Shown here in pieces: positions 6,114 through 15,711 of a stretch of DNA of 20,000 nucleotides. The notes under the pieces are model-generated. The model ran no database searches, was not told the origin of the DNA, and saw only the letters and a list, made by a program, of their open reading frames with translations. A program made the translations under genes and the position numbers. Position 1 is the first letter of the stretch. Each line of letters opens with the position of its first letter. This stretch comes from an uncultured Clostridia bacterium (lineage in GTDB: Bacteria > CAYTYR01 > UBA6262): NCBI GenBank assembly GCA_964441745.1, contig CAYTYR010000001.1, positions 110,754 to 130,753 on the forward strand. Reading direction: 5' to 3'.

Positions 6114-9100
6114 CTAACAATAGATATCGATCTGTTTGGCTTCCTGGGACCTGATCCTGATAGCCGCATTATGGCCGATAATACTGCCTGTGATCACTTC
6201 TTTAGTACCATCGAGCCAGATGATGGCCATGTTTGCTATCTTAAAGTCACTGGCAAAAGTATCAATATGCTTACTATTGTGATACACCAACTGAGTAGTA
6301 CCCAGGAACTTACAGCTGAATATACCCTCCCTGGTAAAATAACTTTTTGGCAGCGCGGGTTTAAATTCCAGGGTCAGTTCACCCTGGTTATTTAACTTAA
6401 ATGGTTTCCCGCCCACAGTCATCAGTATCCACATCTCCAGAAATTCAGCAGTAGAACCGCTCAAACGTGCTACGCAGCCGCGGCCCCACATCCGGCTGTC
6501 CGGGAAAGCGCTGGAAACGATAAAAGACGAGTTTTCCAGTATGCTCCGCCCATAAATCGAAGCTTTTTGGAAACAGACACCGGCTTTTTCAAATTCAGCA
6601 AAAAATTCTTCATATAAACCGCCATTGAGCAGTTCTAATAAGTATTTATATTCCATATGCAGCCAGATCGATTCGTTTTCCAGCCAGCCGGGAGAAAAAA
6701 CCGTGCACCGGCCAAAATCCGCCGGTTCTTTGGCCAAGGAAGCGTTGACCTTATACATTCCTAATTCCTGGTCATATAATGGGCTTCTCTTCATAGCTTC
6801 ATATAGCTGCTTAACCTTATTATGGCTTTTTTCTGTTTTCAAGTAATGAACTTCTGCTTCCAGGAATAAAGGTAATGGCCGCTTGCTGAATTTCTTGATT
6901 TCAACACAAGGCCAGCCTTTATGATTGTGTTTTTTACCTTTTTTATCCTTGATATAACTGAATTTTTCCGCTTTATGGGTATAATAGGTATAGTACAATC
7001 CAGAATTAGGATCAAGAGCTTTGGCCAGGCCAGCATCAATTTTCTGCAAACATAATTCCAGAAATTTCATATAGGCAGGCCCAAGGACTGGCTTTTCCTT
7101 GCCGCTGATACCAAACTTAGTTTCTTCGCGGTATTTTTCCTTCAGGCTGGTAGCTTTATCCCAAAAAGAATAAGCAGAAATTTTATCTGCGGAGGCCACT
7201 AAAGCCTGTAACCCCAGGAAAAACCGCTGCATTTCTTCAGGCAGGTTGATCTTGTAACCATTCTGGACACCAATTTTACCTAAATGGCTTTGCAGGAACT
7301 GGATCATTCTCTTTAATTCAAAGGTTTCCGGGACAGAGGAACCGAATACTCCTGACAAACCATTGAGCGCGTCATACCAGCTAGGCTTATCCGCTTCCAT
7401 TTCCATGCCAATGCCATCAGGATCCAGGGTGGCTAATTTATTGAGCAAGAGGCAAGTCATCTTAACCAGTAGATTGGTTCTGTAAATATCGCCTTTCCCT
7501 TTTTTATCCCTGACAATATGGGCTTGACTGGCACGGTCCTTAAGCAGCTCTACTTTCTCCGGGCTGATGATGACTGCGCCGAATTGCCGGATCAGGCCGT
7601 TAGCGTCAACATATTTTTCATGCCGTGGCAGGACGATGTGGGCATTATCGTAAAAAGTAAACTCTTTTTTCTCGAGCAATATCTCCTGTTCTTTTTCCGG
7701 ATAAACAGCCAGATATGTTTCTAACAAATCTAAATTATAGGTCCAATGGTCGGTCCAGAAACCTTCGCCATGCTCAGCTTCCCTGAGCCGCTGGGCTCGT
7801 CCGAAAATCTCCCGGAGCAGCTGTTCTTCGGAAACTTTCAGGGTAATCTTATTCTGTTCGATAAAAAGAAGCAAACTGCCAGGTTCAAATTGCTTGGCAA
7901 AAAACCGGGCCAGCAGTTCCTGGCCTTTTTTGTCCGTGATCCTGGCCAGCGCTTTCTTGTTTCCCGCGCTCCCGGCCTTAAAAATAAAATAGGTCCCCTT
8001 AACCAATAATGGGTTATAACCATCCAATTGGACCAGGTTATAAAAAGTCACGACATTAGTATCAACCGTTTTCGGATCAAAGAAAATATCACAGCGTTTG
8101 TTCTGGTTAATATCGCGGAAATTACCATCGCCCTGCGAATAATAAGTCGGAGAGATCAGATAATTATTATAGTCACGCTCCAGGTCACCATGCTTGCGGG
8201 CAAAAACAAAAAAGGGGATACTGCTCTCCCCGGCTGGCAGCTTAACCGGCATGCCCCCGCGCAAAACATTATCCAGGTAAGTCTGCCGGCAATATAAATT
8301 GAATTCCCGTCGGCTGGATTGGGTCTGGATCGGCTCGGAAATATCCTGGATAATCTGTTTATTCTCATCCCGTTTACGGTTGAAATAGCCGACATCCCTG
8401 GCTTTCTCGAAATGATCATTCAGTTGTTGTTCACTGTCCACATGCCCGGTCATCGAGTAGATGGTCTGAGCCTGCCCGGCAGCCAAGGCGCATTTAAAGA
8501 AACTCATCGCCGCCGGATATTTATTGTCACCAAATTGTTTCACTGGCAGGATAAAATCCTGTTGCTTAATAAAGGCCGCTGGATAATTATAATCAGTGAC
8601 TTCGCCAAAGATCAATTCCGGGTCAATGATCATCTGTGTTGGGTGTAATTCCCCGTTAAGATTTTCCAGGGTAAAATAGAAGTTTCCCTCTTTCAGCGCA
8701 TGTACTTCTGGCCGGTCACTGATTTCAACCTTTAATTGGTAAAAAGGCAGGCCGGTCTTTTCAAAATTAGTTACTTTGGCCCAAGCTTGGGCCGTGTGGC
8801 TCATATATTTCAGCACATCATTGCTTGTCCAATAGGGAATTATTTTTGGCAAGCCATCAATTACTTCCAGCTCAAGTTCATTATTACCGGTATTGATTAC
8901 TTCGACGATACGCACTAGCGCTGCTATTGGCTCCTGCGGCAGGGTAAAGTACTTGACGATGATCTTGAGGCCAATAGTTTCATTAGTCTCTTCTAATATC
9001 AATTCGGCCGGATGAATGAACATTTTCTGAGTGGTTTTATAAGCATTATTAGCGTTATTGTTCTGGAAAGGTTCATAAAACCGAACCTGATCTTGGTGTT

Positions 9101-9386
9101 TTATCTTAATAAAGGTGCGGAAGCCAATATTAGGAGTGAGTCCATACGACCGGTTGGCTGGCTGGTACTCCATAATGGAATAATTCTTGCCTTTAATGCC
9201 AAAAGAGGCGATGCTTTGTCCCCGGTTGACGTAAAACAGCCACATCGGAATACCTTTAAGGCCGGCAATCCCCGGGAAAAAACTGGAAAAGGTCCTGGCC
9301 AGGTTGTAATTATCTATTTCAAAGGTACCATCGTCATGTAACTGGTATTTTACTTCATCTTCTTCTTTCACATACGCGCTAACCAT
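6114..9386 (-). CDS. Large glycoside phosphorylase, most likely GH161 (beta-1,3-glucan phosphorylase; often annotated as cellobiose phosphorylase)
   Basis: 1090 aa. FSSFFPGIAG..GIPMW.FYVNRGQ, RKHGDLERDYN, G.GNFRDINQN, GEGFWTDHWTYNLDL, MEADKPSWYDALNGL, WLENESIWLHMEYKY and ARLSGSTAEF. AAGGAG RBS. Confidence 0.8.
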   Translation of the reverse strand: MVSAYVKEEDEVKYQLHDDGTFEIDNYNLARTFSSFFPGIAGLKGIPMWLFYVNRGQSIASFGIKGKNYSIMEYQPANRSYGLTPNIGFRTFIKIKHQDQVRFYEPFQNNNANNAYKTTQKMFIHPAELILEETNETIGLKIIVKYFTLPQEPIAALVRIVEVINTGNNELELEVIDGLPKIIPYWTSNDVLKYMSHTAQAWAKVTNFEKTGLPFYQLKVEISDRPEVHALKEGNFYFTLENLNGELHPTQMIIDPELIFGEVTDYNYPAAFIKQQDFILPVKQFGDNKYPAAMSFFKCALAAGQAQTIYSMTGHVDSEQQLNDHFEKARDVGYFNRKRDENKQIIQDISEPIQTQSSRREFNLYCRQTYLDNVLRGGMPVKLPAGESSIPFFVFARKHGDLERDYNNYLISPTYYSQGDGNFRDINQNKRCDIFFDPKTVDTNVVTFYNLVQLDGYNPLLVKGTYFIFKAGSAGNKKALARITDKKGQELLARFFAKQFEPGSLLLFIEQNKITLKVSEEQLLREIFGRAQRLREAEHGEGFWTDHWTYNLDLLETYLAVYPEKEQEILLEKKEFTFYDNAHIVLPRHEKYVDANGLIRQFGAVIISPEKVELLKDRASQAHIVRDKKGKGDIYRTNLLVKMTCLLLNKLATLDPDGIGMEMEADKPSWYDALNGLSGVFGSSVPETFELKRMIQFLQSHLGKIGVQNGYKINLPEEMQRFFLGLQALVASADKISAYSFWDKATSLKEKYREETKFGISGKEKPVLGPAYMKFLELCLQKIDAGLAKALDPNSGLYYTYYTHKAEKFSYIKDKKGKKHNHKGWPCVEIKKFSKRPLPLFLEAEVHYLKTEKSHNKVKQLYEAMKRSPLYDQELGMYKVNASLAKEPADFGRCTVFSPGWLENESIWLHMEYKYLLELLNGGLYEEFFAEFEKAGVCFQKASIYGRSILENSSFIVSSAFPDSRMWGRGCVARLSGSTAEFLEMWILMTVGGKPFKLNNQGELTLEFKPALPKSYFTREGIFSCKFLGTTQLVYHNSKHIDTFASDFKIANMAIIWLDGTKEVITGSIIGHNAAIRIRSQEAKQIDIYC

Positions 9387-9405
9387 TTCATTCTCTCCTT
9401 AGTTC

Positions 9406-9440
9406 AATAAAAATAAAAAAAAGACTCTCTCCGAGTCCTT
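9406..9440 (-). terminator. Intrinsic terminator-like hairpin between the oxidoreductase and phosphorylase genes
   Basis: Minus strand reads AAGGACTC-GGAGA-GAGTCTTT followed by TTTTTATTTTTATT. Confidence 0.65.
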
Positions 9441-9499
9441 ATATATATACCCCAAAAGGGGGGTACAAATCAAGCAAATTATTGGCGCATGTCAATCCC

Positions 9500-10621
9500 C
9501 TATAATAATGGTTTTACCAAGCCAGCCACGATCCTGGCTATAGCTAAAGAGCCGGTTAGCCCGGGAGATTCTATCCCGATCAGGTTAATTAATCCCGGAC
9601 AACCCCTGTTTTCTTCATGCCTGATCACAAAATCCCTGAATTCTTCACCAGGACCTTGCAGTTTAGGCCTGATCCCTGAGGTATCAGGAGTGATTTCTTC
9701 TCTGCTCACGCCGGGGAAAAAATTGTTAATACTGGCGCAAAACGCCGCGGCCTTGGCTGGATCAACATTATAATCGATCTTCTGCACGTATTCATCATCC
9801 GGGCCAAGCCGGACAGAACCACCCAAGTCCGGAGTAAGATGGATGCCCAATCCGCCACTACTGGGTTTCGGTACCGGGTAAACCAAATGATTGATCAGGG
9901 CAGATGTGGCCGGAGCTAGCCGGAAATAATCCCCTTTGCAGAACTTGAGCCGGTATTCCTCCAAGCTTAGGCCAGCCATCGCCGCTACCTTATCTGAATG
10001 CAGTCCGGCACAGTTGATAATTATTTTTGTGTCAAAAGTAAAACTTTCCTGACTATCATCAGTAACTGTAAGTTCATACCCGCTGTTTATTTTAGTTATT
10101 TTTGTCAATTCGGTATTATAGGCAATCTCGCCACCGTCTTTTTTAAAAGAAGCGGCTAATTGTTTCATATAACTGTGGGTATCAAAGATGCCAGTGGACG
10201 GTGAAAATAATCCTGCTACCGCCAGAAGATGAGGTTCCAATGACTGCAACCTGGCTTTAGTTAACTGCTCCAGGTCTTCTACCCCATTTTCCCGGCCACG
10301 CTGGAAAAGCCTATCCAGGTCTTCTTCCTCATCCTGATTAGCGGCAATAATTAATTTACCTAAACGCTTAAAGGGAATATTATGGCTTTGGCAAAAATCA
10401 TATAAAAGCCTATTTCCTTCCAGACAGGTTTTTAATTTCAGCGTATCTAAAGGGTAATAAATACCGGCGTGAATGACTTCACTGTTCCGGGAGCTTGTTT
10501 CCTGGCCAAAAGAGGGATATTTTTCCACAACAAAAATATCTTGCTGCTGGCGGGCCAGTTCCGCGGCCACGCTTAATCCTATCACCCCTGCCCCGATTAT
10601 CGTGATCTTTACTTTTTCCAT
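9500..10621 (-). CDS. FAD-dependent oxidoreductase, L-2-hydroxyglutarate oxidase (LhgO)/DAO family
   Basis: IIGAGVIG, ETSSRNSEVIHAGIYY, INCAGLHSD, LVYPVP, GLGIHLT.DL.G..RLGPD, SGIRPKL and GIESPGLT. Confidence 0.9.
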   Translation of the reverse strand: MEKVKITIIGAGVIGLSVAAELARQQQDIFVVEKYPSFGQETSSRNSEVIHAGIYYPLDTLKLKTCLEGNRLLYDFCQSHNIPFKRLGKLIIAANQDEEEDLDRLFQRGRENGVEDLEQLTKARLQSLEPHLLAVAGLFSPSTGIFDTHSYMKQLAASFKKDGGEIAYNTELTKITKINSGYELTVTDDSQESFTFDTKIIINCAGLHSDKVAAMAGLSLEEYRLKFCKGDYFRLAPATSALINHLVYPVPKPSSGGLGIHLTPDLGGSVRLGPDDEYVQKIDYNVDPAKAAAFCASINNFFPGVSREEITPDTSGIRPKLQGPGEEFRDFVIRHEENRGCPGLINLIGIESPGLTGSLAIARIVAGLVKPLL

Positions 10622-10666
10622 TGTTTATTGTTTCTGCCTTTATTTATTTTAGTTTGCCTCCGGTGT

Positions 10667-10675
10667 ATTATAACA
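10667..10675 (-). promoter_or_regulatory. Putative extended -10 promoter for the oxidoreductase gene
   Basis: TGTTATAAT (TGn-TATAAT) about 45 nt upstream of the ATG. Confidence 0.45.
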
Positions 10676-10693
10676 TAGTCCTGGCTCTTTTTT

Positions 10694-11752
10694 CTACTGT
10701 TTCACTTGCGGAAACCAGTGGCGGGTTTTATTGGAAAATTTAACCAAACTGAGCATGATCGGTACTTCCGTGAGTACACCGACCACAGTTGCCAGCGCCG
10801 CTCCGCTCTTTAAGCCAAAAAGAGAAATTGCTACTGCCACTGATAATTCAAAAAAATTGCTTGCTCCGATCAGGGCGGCAGGAGACGCAATATCATGGGG
10901 CAAATGCCATTTTTTAGACCACCAATAGCCGATAAAGAAAATGAAATAGGTCTGGATAGTCAGGGGGACAGCAATGAGCAGGATATGCAAAGGATTCCCG
11001 AGTATAATATTCCCCTGGAACGCAAAAAGGATAATCAGGGTCAATAATAACCCTATCACGGTAATTGGTTTAAGAGCCTTTAAAAACACCTGTTCAAACC
11101 ACTCGGCTCCTTTTCTCTTCAATAAATATACCCTGGAAAGATAACCCCCGGTCAAAGGCACAACTACAAAAAGAATAGTAGAATAGATCAAGGTATCATA
11201 CGGCACGGTTATCTGGTTCACGCCTAATAAAAACTTAACGATCGGAACAAAGGCTATTAAGATCACCAGGTCGTTAACCGCTACCTGCACCAGAGTATGG
11301 GCTGGATTGCCTTTAGTTAAATAGCTCCAGACAAAGACCATAGCTGTACAAGGCGCGGCTCCCAATAGTATAGCGCCGGCTATATACTCTTTCGCTAAGG
11401 CCGGATCAATAAAGGCCGCAAACAAATACTTTAAGAAGATCACGGCAAAAACAGCCATGGTAAATGGCTTGATCAGCCAGTTAACCACCAGGGTGACAGC
11501 CAATCCTTTTGGTTTTTTCCCGACTTTAACAATACTGGAAAAATCGATCTGCACCATCATCGGATAGATCATCAGCCAGATCAGGACCGCTACCGGTATA
11601 TTCACCTGGGAAATTTCCAAAGTACTTAAGAAATTCACTCCCGCGGGAAATATCTTACCGATAATTATCCCGGCCATGATACAAAAAATAACCCAGAGCG
11701 AAAGATATCTCTCAAAAAAGGGCAGCTTAACAACGCTGTCAGCTTCTGTCAT
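10694..11752 (-). CDS. acr3: ACR3-family arsenite efflux transporter
   Basis: FERYLSLWV, LIWLMIYPMM, NWLIKPF, GAAPCTAMVFVW, VAVND, GASNFFELSVAVAI and GVLTEVPIML. Confidence 0.96.
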   Translation of the reverse strand: MTEADSVVKLPFFERYLSLWVIFCIMAGIIIGKIFPAGVNFLSTLEISQVNIPVAVLIWLMIYPMMVQIDFSSIVKVGKKPKGLAVTLVVNWLIKPFTMAVFAVIFLKYLFAAFIDPALAKEYIAGAILLGAAPCTAMVFVWSYLTKGNPAHTLVQVAVNDLVILIAFVPIVKFLLGVNQITVPYDTLIYSTILFVVVPLTGGYLSRVYLLKRKGAEWFEQVFLKALKPITVIGLLLTLIILFAFQGNIILGNPLHILLIAVPLTIQTYFIFFIGYWWSKKWHLPHDIASPAALIGASNFFELSVAVAISLFGLKSGAALATVVGVLTEVPIMLSLVKFSNKTRHWFPQVKQ

Positions 11753-11765
11753 GAATAAAGTCTCC

Positions 11766-12068
11766 TTATTTTTCCACTAAGTATTTTTCAAACAATTCTT
11801 TATCCCAATTAAGCTGGGTCCCGGCAGCCTGCAATGAGGAAAGAAGAATAGCTTCTGCTACTTCCTGCTTGGTGGCTCCTGCGGCCAAGGCATCTTTAAT
11901 ATGATGCTCAGTGCAATGCGGGCACCTAAAGACTGAAGCCACTGCCAGCCGGATCAATTCCTTGGTTTTTGCATCAAGCACGGTCCCTTGTTTTGCCGCG
12001 TTCGAAAAATGCTGATACGCTGCTCCCAGTTGGGATTGTTTCAAATACCACGGTGTTTCATTTGCCAT
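11766..12068 (-). CDS. Carboxymuconolactone decarboxylase / AhpD-like protein with CxxC
   Basis: LDAKTKELIRLAVA...RCPHCTEHH...ALAAGATKQEVAEAI; AAGGAGG RBS. Confidence 0.9.
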   Translation of the reverse strand: MANETPWYLKQSQLGAAYQHFSNAAKQGTVLDAKTKELIRLAVASVFRCPHCTEHHIKDALAAGATKQEVAEAILLSSLQAAGTQLNWDKELFEKYLVEK

Positions 12069-12096
12069 ATTGCGCCTCCTTTAATAATATTTGTGC

Positions 12097-12807
12097 CTAC
12101 ATTTGCTTAGCCGTATATATAAGGTAAATACCTCCTAATAAGACCAACACCCCGCAGATTTTCTTCACTATGACCGCGTCTTTTGATCTTTCAGTCCAGT
12201 TAAGATATCCCTGTACTACCTCAGTGAAGGTGCCAGCCAGTACGATCACCGAGATATGCCCAAGAGCATAAGACAGGACCAGGATTACTGCCAGCAAGAG
12301 GTTACTAGCTCCTACGGTAAACGCTACTCCCAGCATTGGCGCCATATAAGCGAAGGTACAAGGGCCAAGAGCGATACCGAAAATTAATCCCAGTATGAAT
12401 GCTGCTGCTAATCCCTTTTTCTGGTATGCCGGCTGGCCAGATTTCCCTAAAAAAGGCAAGGGGATTATACCGAGCAGGTGCAAACCGACCACCAAGAATA
12501 TTATCGCGACAAAATAATTACCCCAGGATCCGACATCACCCATGATCCGGCCCAGCAGGCCGGTAATTACTCCTATAAGTGCAATCGTGATCAGGATACC
12601 GGATGAAAATAAGGTAGAGAGTAAAAACGCGTGTTTTGTAGAAATACGCCCCTGTTCATCAATAAAGCCAATGATTAAGGGGATGCTGGCCAAATGGCAT
12701 GGGCTCAAAATAATACTTAGCACACCCCAAATAAAAGAAGCAGTTATGGCTATGAACGGATTGGCATAAAGAGCATTACTAAGCCAGGTGAAGAGACTAA
12801 CCAGCAT
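12097..12807 (-). CDS. ccdA: CcdA / DsbD-transmembrane-type electron transporter
   Basis: About 6 TM with the two redox Cys motifs ILSPCHLASIP and LGPCT; overlaps the upstream stop (TAATG). Confidence 0.9.
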   Translation of the reverse strand: MLVSLFTWLSNALYANPFIAITASFIWGVLSIILSPCHLASIPLIIGFIDEQGRISTKHAFLLSTLFSSGILITIALIGVITGLLGRIMGDVGSWGNYFVAIIFLVVGLHLLGIIPLPFLGKSGQPAYQKKGLAAAFILGLIFGIALGPCTFAYMAPMLGVAFTVGASNLLLAVILVLSYALGHISVIVLAGTFTEVVQGYLNWTERSKDAVIVKKICGVLVLLGGIYLIYTAKQM

Positions 12808-13196
12808 TATTTAACTCCCTGCTGTTTTAGTACTTTCACTACTTCCTCTTTAGGGAAAAAACCCAGATGACGGAAGTATTCCTTACCATCCTTGTCCAAA
12901 AAAACCTGGGTAGGAATAGCGCGTATTTGGTATTTCTCACCATATGGCCGGCCAGCCGCAGTCCACACATCATAAAAAACTACTTCTACCTGTCCTTGGT
13001 ATTCTTTTTTAATGTCTTCTATAATGGGCTGCATCATCTTGCAAGGAACACATTTAACCGAACCTAATTCAATAAACGTCACTTTTATAGTTTTTTGTTT
13101 TTTCTGGTGGTTGGTTTCCTTTGATGCGCCATAGATATCAATCAGGCTCATGATCAATACCGCGCTTACCAGGACCACATATTTTAAATACTTCAT
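12807..13196 (-). CDS. Exported thioredoxin-family protein
   Basis: N-terminal signal or anchor, CVPC active site and the cis-Pro motif IRAIPTQ. Confidence 0.9.
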   Translation of the reverse strand: MKYLKYVVLVSAVLIMSLIDIYGASKETNHQKKQKTIKVTFIELGSVKCVPCKMMQPIIEDIKKEYQGQVEVVFYDVWTAAGRPYGEKYQIRAIPTQVFLDKDGKEYFRHLGFFPKEEVVKVLKQQGVK

Positions 13197-13214
13197 TCAT
13201 TGACTCTCCTGTAG

Positions 13215-14009
13215 TTATTTTAAAGCAGGTTTTATTCCCGATACGCGAATACTGGTAACTATCTTAGTCAAATCGCTGGCCGCCCCAACCACATTTTCTA
13301 CGGCCAAAGCAGGCTCAGCGGCTGTTTTAACCTCACGGAAGCCGACAGCTTTAATCAGGTTGAGATATTCTTCTTTCAGTATTGCCCCGGCAATACAGGC
13401 GACATAGGCTTCAAATGAACGCTTCAGCTCAGCAGACAATTCTTTAAGCAATACCATGTCTGACACCATGATCCGGCCGCCTGGTTTCAATACCCGAAAA
13501 ACTTCCTGGAATACTTTCTTTTTATCCGGGGAAAGATTAATAACACAATTGGAGATGACCACATCAACTGAATTATCCGCTACCGGCAGGTTTTCAATCT
13601 CGCCTAACTTGAACTCTACATTTCGGTAATTTCCTTTTTCCGCATTTTGACGTGCTTTCTTGATCATTTCCGGGGTCATATCAACGCCAATGACCTGGCC
13701 TTTTTCTCCTACTTTGCGCGCGGACATAAAACAATCTATGCCCGCGCCAGAGCCCAGGTCAAGAACAGTTTCGCCTTCCCGCAAAGAAGCAAACGCAGTG
13801 GGATTACCGCAGCCAAGTCCAAGATTAGCATCTTTGGGTATATTAGCCAGGTCTTCAGCATTATAGCCTAGTTTCTGGCTGGCCTCAGCCGCGGAACGCG
13901 TCCCGCCACAGCATGAGCTTGAAGAGCCGCAGCAGCATGACCCATTAGTCTCGGCAATTTTCCCATAACTGTCCTGCACTATCTTTTTAATATCCTTTGG
14001 CTTTTCCAT
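13215..14009 (-). CDS. arsM: Arsenite S-adenosylmethionine methyltransferase (start probably 14009)
   Basis: Cys-rich N-terminus (CCC...CC), [27 protein letters not shown] and VACIAGA. The AGGAG RBS spacing favours the second ATG. Confidence 0.95.
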   Translation of the reverse strand: MEKPKDIKKIVQDSYGKIAETNGSCCCGSSSSCCGGTRSAAEASQKLGYNAEDLANIPKDANLGLGCGNPTAFASLREGETVLDLGSGAGIDCFMSARKVGEKGQVIGVDMTPEMIKKARQNAEKGNYRNVEFKLGEIENLPVADNSVDVVISNCVINLSPDKKKVFQEVFRVLKPGGRIMVSDMVLLKELSAELKRSFEAYVACIAGAILKEEYLNLIKAVGFREVKTAAEPALAVENVVGAASDLTKIVTSIRVSGIKPALK

Positions 14010-14018
14010 TTTCATCTC

Positions 14019-14264
14019 CTATTTTGTCTGCTTTTCTAAGATCCACTTTTTTATCTCTTCTTTAGATGGGATCCTGCCGGCTACCACCACTTTGGCATCA
14101 ATAACCAAAGCCGGAGTGATCATCACTCCATAATTCATAATGTCGCTGATTTGATCTACCTTTACTATTTCCGCAGGGATTCCAAGTTCCTTCACAGTTT
14201 CAGTAACTATTCCCGTTAGTTTTTTGCATTTCGGGCAACCCATACCCAAAATCTCAATTTTCAT
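14019..14264 (-). CDS. Small redox-active disulfide protein (MTH895/TM0996-type thioredoxin)
   Basis: KIEILGMGCPKC...IMNYGVMITPALVID...GRIPS. Confidence 0.92.
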   Translation of the reverse strand: MKIEILGMGCPKCKKLTGIVTETVKELGIPAEIVKVDQISDIMNYGVMITPALVIDAKVVVAGRIPSKEEIKKWILEKQTK

Positions 14265-14272
14265 CGTTCCCC

Positions 14273-15226
14273 CTATTTCATTATTATATTAAACAAGTAT
14301 CCGGTAAACATAATTCCTAAGCCAACGATCCCGGCAAAAATCAGTATTAGTTTAACTTTCATTACCTTCTTCAAGATCAAGAATTCTGGCAAGGAAAGAC
14401 CGGTGACTGCCATCATGAACGCCAGGGCCGTACCCAGCCCTACTCCTTTTTCTACCAAGGCTTTAACCATCGGGATAACACCTGCGGCATTGGAATAAAG
14501 GGGTATGCCGATCAAAGTGGCTAAGGGGACAGCGAACCATTTGTCTTTACCGGCATATTGTGCCAGGAAATCAGCTGGGACATACCCATGGATCCAAGCT
14601 CCCAAACCAATACCTATTAATACATAAAGGCCTATTCTTTTTAAAATATCCCGGGTATAGCTTTTAGCAAACTCCACTCTCTCACGGAAGCTGGTTTTCC
14701 CGGGGACTGCGGAACAACAGGTCTGCGTCTTATGAACAATAGTTTCTACCAAGTTTTCTACTTTTAACATGCCAATGATTAATCCTGAAATTATGGCGAT
14801 CACCAAGCCGCTAAAAATATAGATTACCGCTATTTTCCAGCCAAACATACCCCAGAGCATAACTAAAGCTACTTCATTGATCATGGGAGATGATACCAGG
14901 AAAGAAAAAGTCACACCCAAGGGGACTCCGGCTTCAACAAAACCCAGGAACAAAGGTATAGCGCTGCAAGTACAAAATGGGGTAACAATACCCAGTAAGG
15001 CAGCTAAAATATTACCGATATAGGTGTGTTTATGGCTTAAAATAGCCCTGGTTCTTTCTGGCGGAAAGAAAGTGCGGATAAAAGAAACCATAAAGATGAT
15101 GGTGACCAGCAAAAAGAAGATCTTGATCGTATCATAGACAAAAAAGTGGACGGCCGAGCCAAACAGGGTGCTGGCGGACAAGCCTAGTATCTTAAATACC
15201 AGCCAATCAGCGAATGTAATGATCAT
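14273..15226 (-). CDS. ArsP / DUF318-family permease
   Basis: FFVYDTIKI, TPFCTCSAIPLF, SFLVSSPMINE, GIPLYSNAAG and LSLPE; overlaps the arsR stop (ATGA). Confidence 0.9.
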   Translation of the reverse strand: MIITFADWLVFKILGLSASTLFGSAVHFFVYDTIKIFFLLVTIIFMVSFIRTFFPPERTRAILSHKHTYIGNILAALLGIVTPFCTCSAIPLFLGFVEAGVPLGVTFSFLVSSPMINEVALVMLWGMFGWKIAVIYIFSGLVIAIISGLIIGMLKVENLVETIVHKTQTCCSAVPGKTSFRERVEFAKSYTRDILKRIGLYVLIGIGLGAWIHGYVPADFLAQYAGKDKWFAVPLATLIGIPLYSNAAGVIPMVKALVEKGVGLGTALAFMMAVTGLSLPEFLILKKVMKVKLILIFAGIVGLGIMFTGYLFNIIMK

Positions 15227-15582
15227 TTACCTCTCCCCTTTCCGGGACAGCAAAGTTTGGCACGGTCAACATTCCGGGCTTTGCGCAAATCATTTTGTAT
15301 TATTTCATCCTTCCCCAGCCAGCCTTTGACCAGCCCGGTTAATGAGCGGGCATAATCGTTTTGGGAATTTAGATAGTAGTTTGTCCATAGGCCCTTTTGG
15401 TCATCTTCAATGATCCCGGCTTCTTTTAAGATCTTCAGGTGTTTAGACACGGTAGGCTGCGCTAATCCTAAAACCTCCCGTATCTCGCAGACGCACATTT
15501 CCCGTTGCTGCAACATTTTAAAAATACGCAATCGATTTTTATCAGCCAGGGCTTTAAAGATTTTCTCTGCCGCTTTGAGCAT
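15223..15582 (-). CDS. arsR: ArsR/SmtB-family repressor
   Basis: FKALAD.NRLRI, MCVCEI (alpha3 site), QPTVSKHLKIL and a C-terminal CC pair; GGAGG RBS. Confidence 0.95.
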   Translation of the reverse strand: MLKAAEKIFKALADKNRLRIFKMLQQREMCVCEIREVLGLAQPTVSKHLKILKEAGIIEDDQKGLWTNYYLNSQNDYARSLTGLVKGWLGKDEIIQNDLRKARNVDRAKLCCPGKGRGK

Positions 15583-15598
15583 ACTGCCTCCATATTGC

Positions 15599-15620
15599 TA
15601 TATTGCTATTTAGCTATATA
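15599..15620. promoter_or_regulatory. Putative ArsR operator
   Basis: Inverted repeat TATATTGCTA-TT-TAGCTATATA (one mismatch) overlapping the -10/+1 region; a further half-site atattgcta at 15592-15600. Confidence 0.75.
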
Positions 15621-15646
15621 ATAGATCATAATAAATACCCTGTCAA
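15618..15646 (-). promoter_or_regulatory. Sigma70 promoter of the ars operon
   Basis: TTGACA (15646-15641), 17 nt spacer, TATTAT (15623-15618). Confidence 0.8.
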
Positions 15647-15711
15647 GTAAAATATAACAGGGCAAGAATCTTTATATTCCCCCTTAATAGCCCGTCATCA
15701 GGAAGAAGTTG

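Noticed and set aside
10657-10661. Orphan GGAGG upstream of the oxidoreductase gene suggesting a hidden small ORF
   Set aside because: No start codon lies at a usable spacing.
11766-15582. Selenocysteine read-through in the redox and ars genes
   Set aside because: All CxxC and catalytic positions are ordinary Cys and the ORFs are full length.
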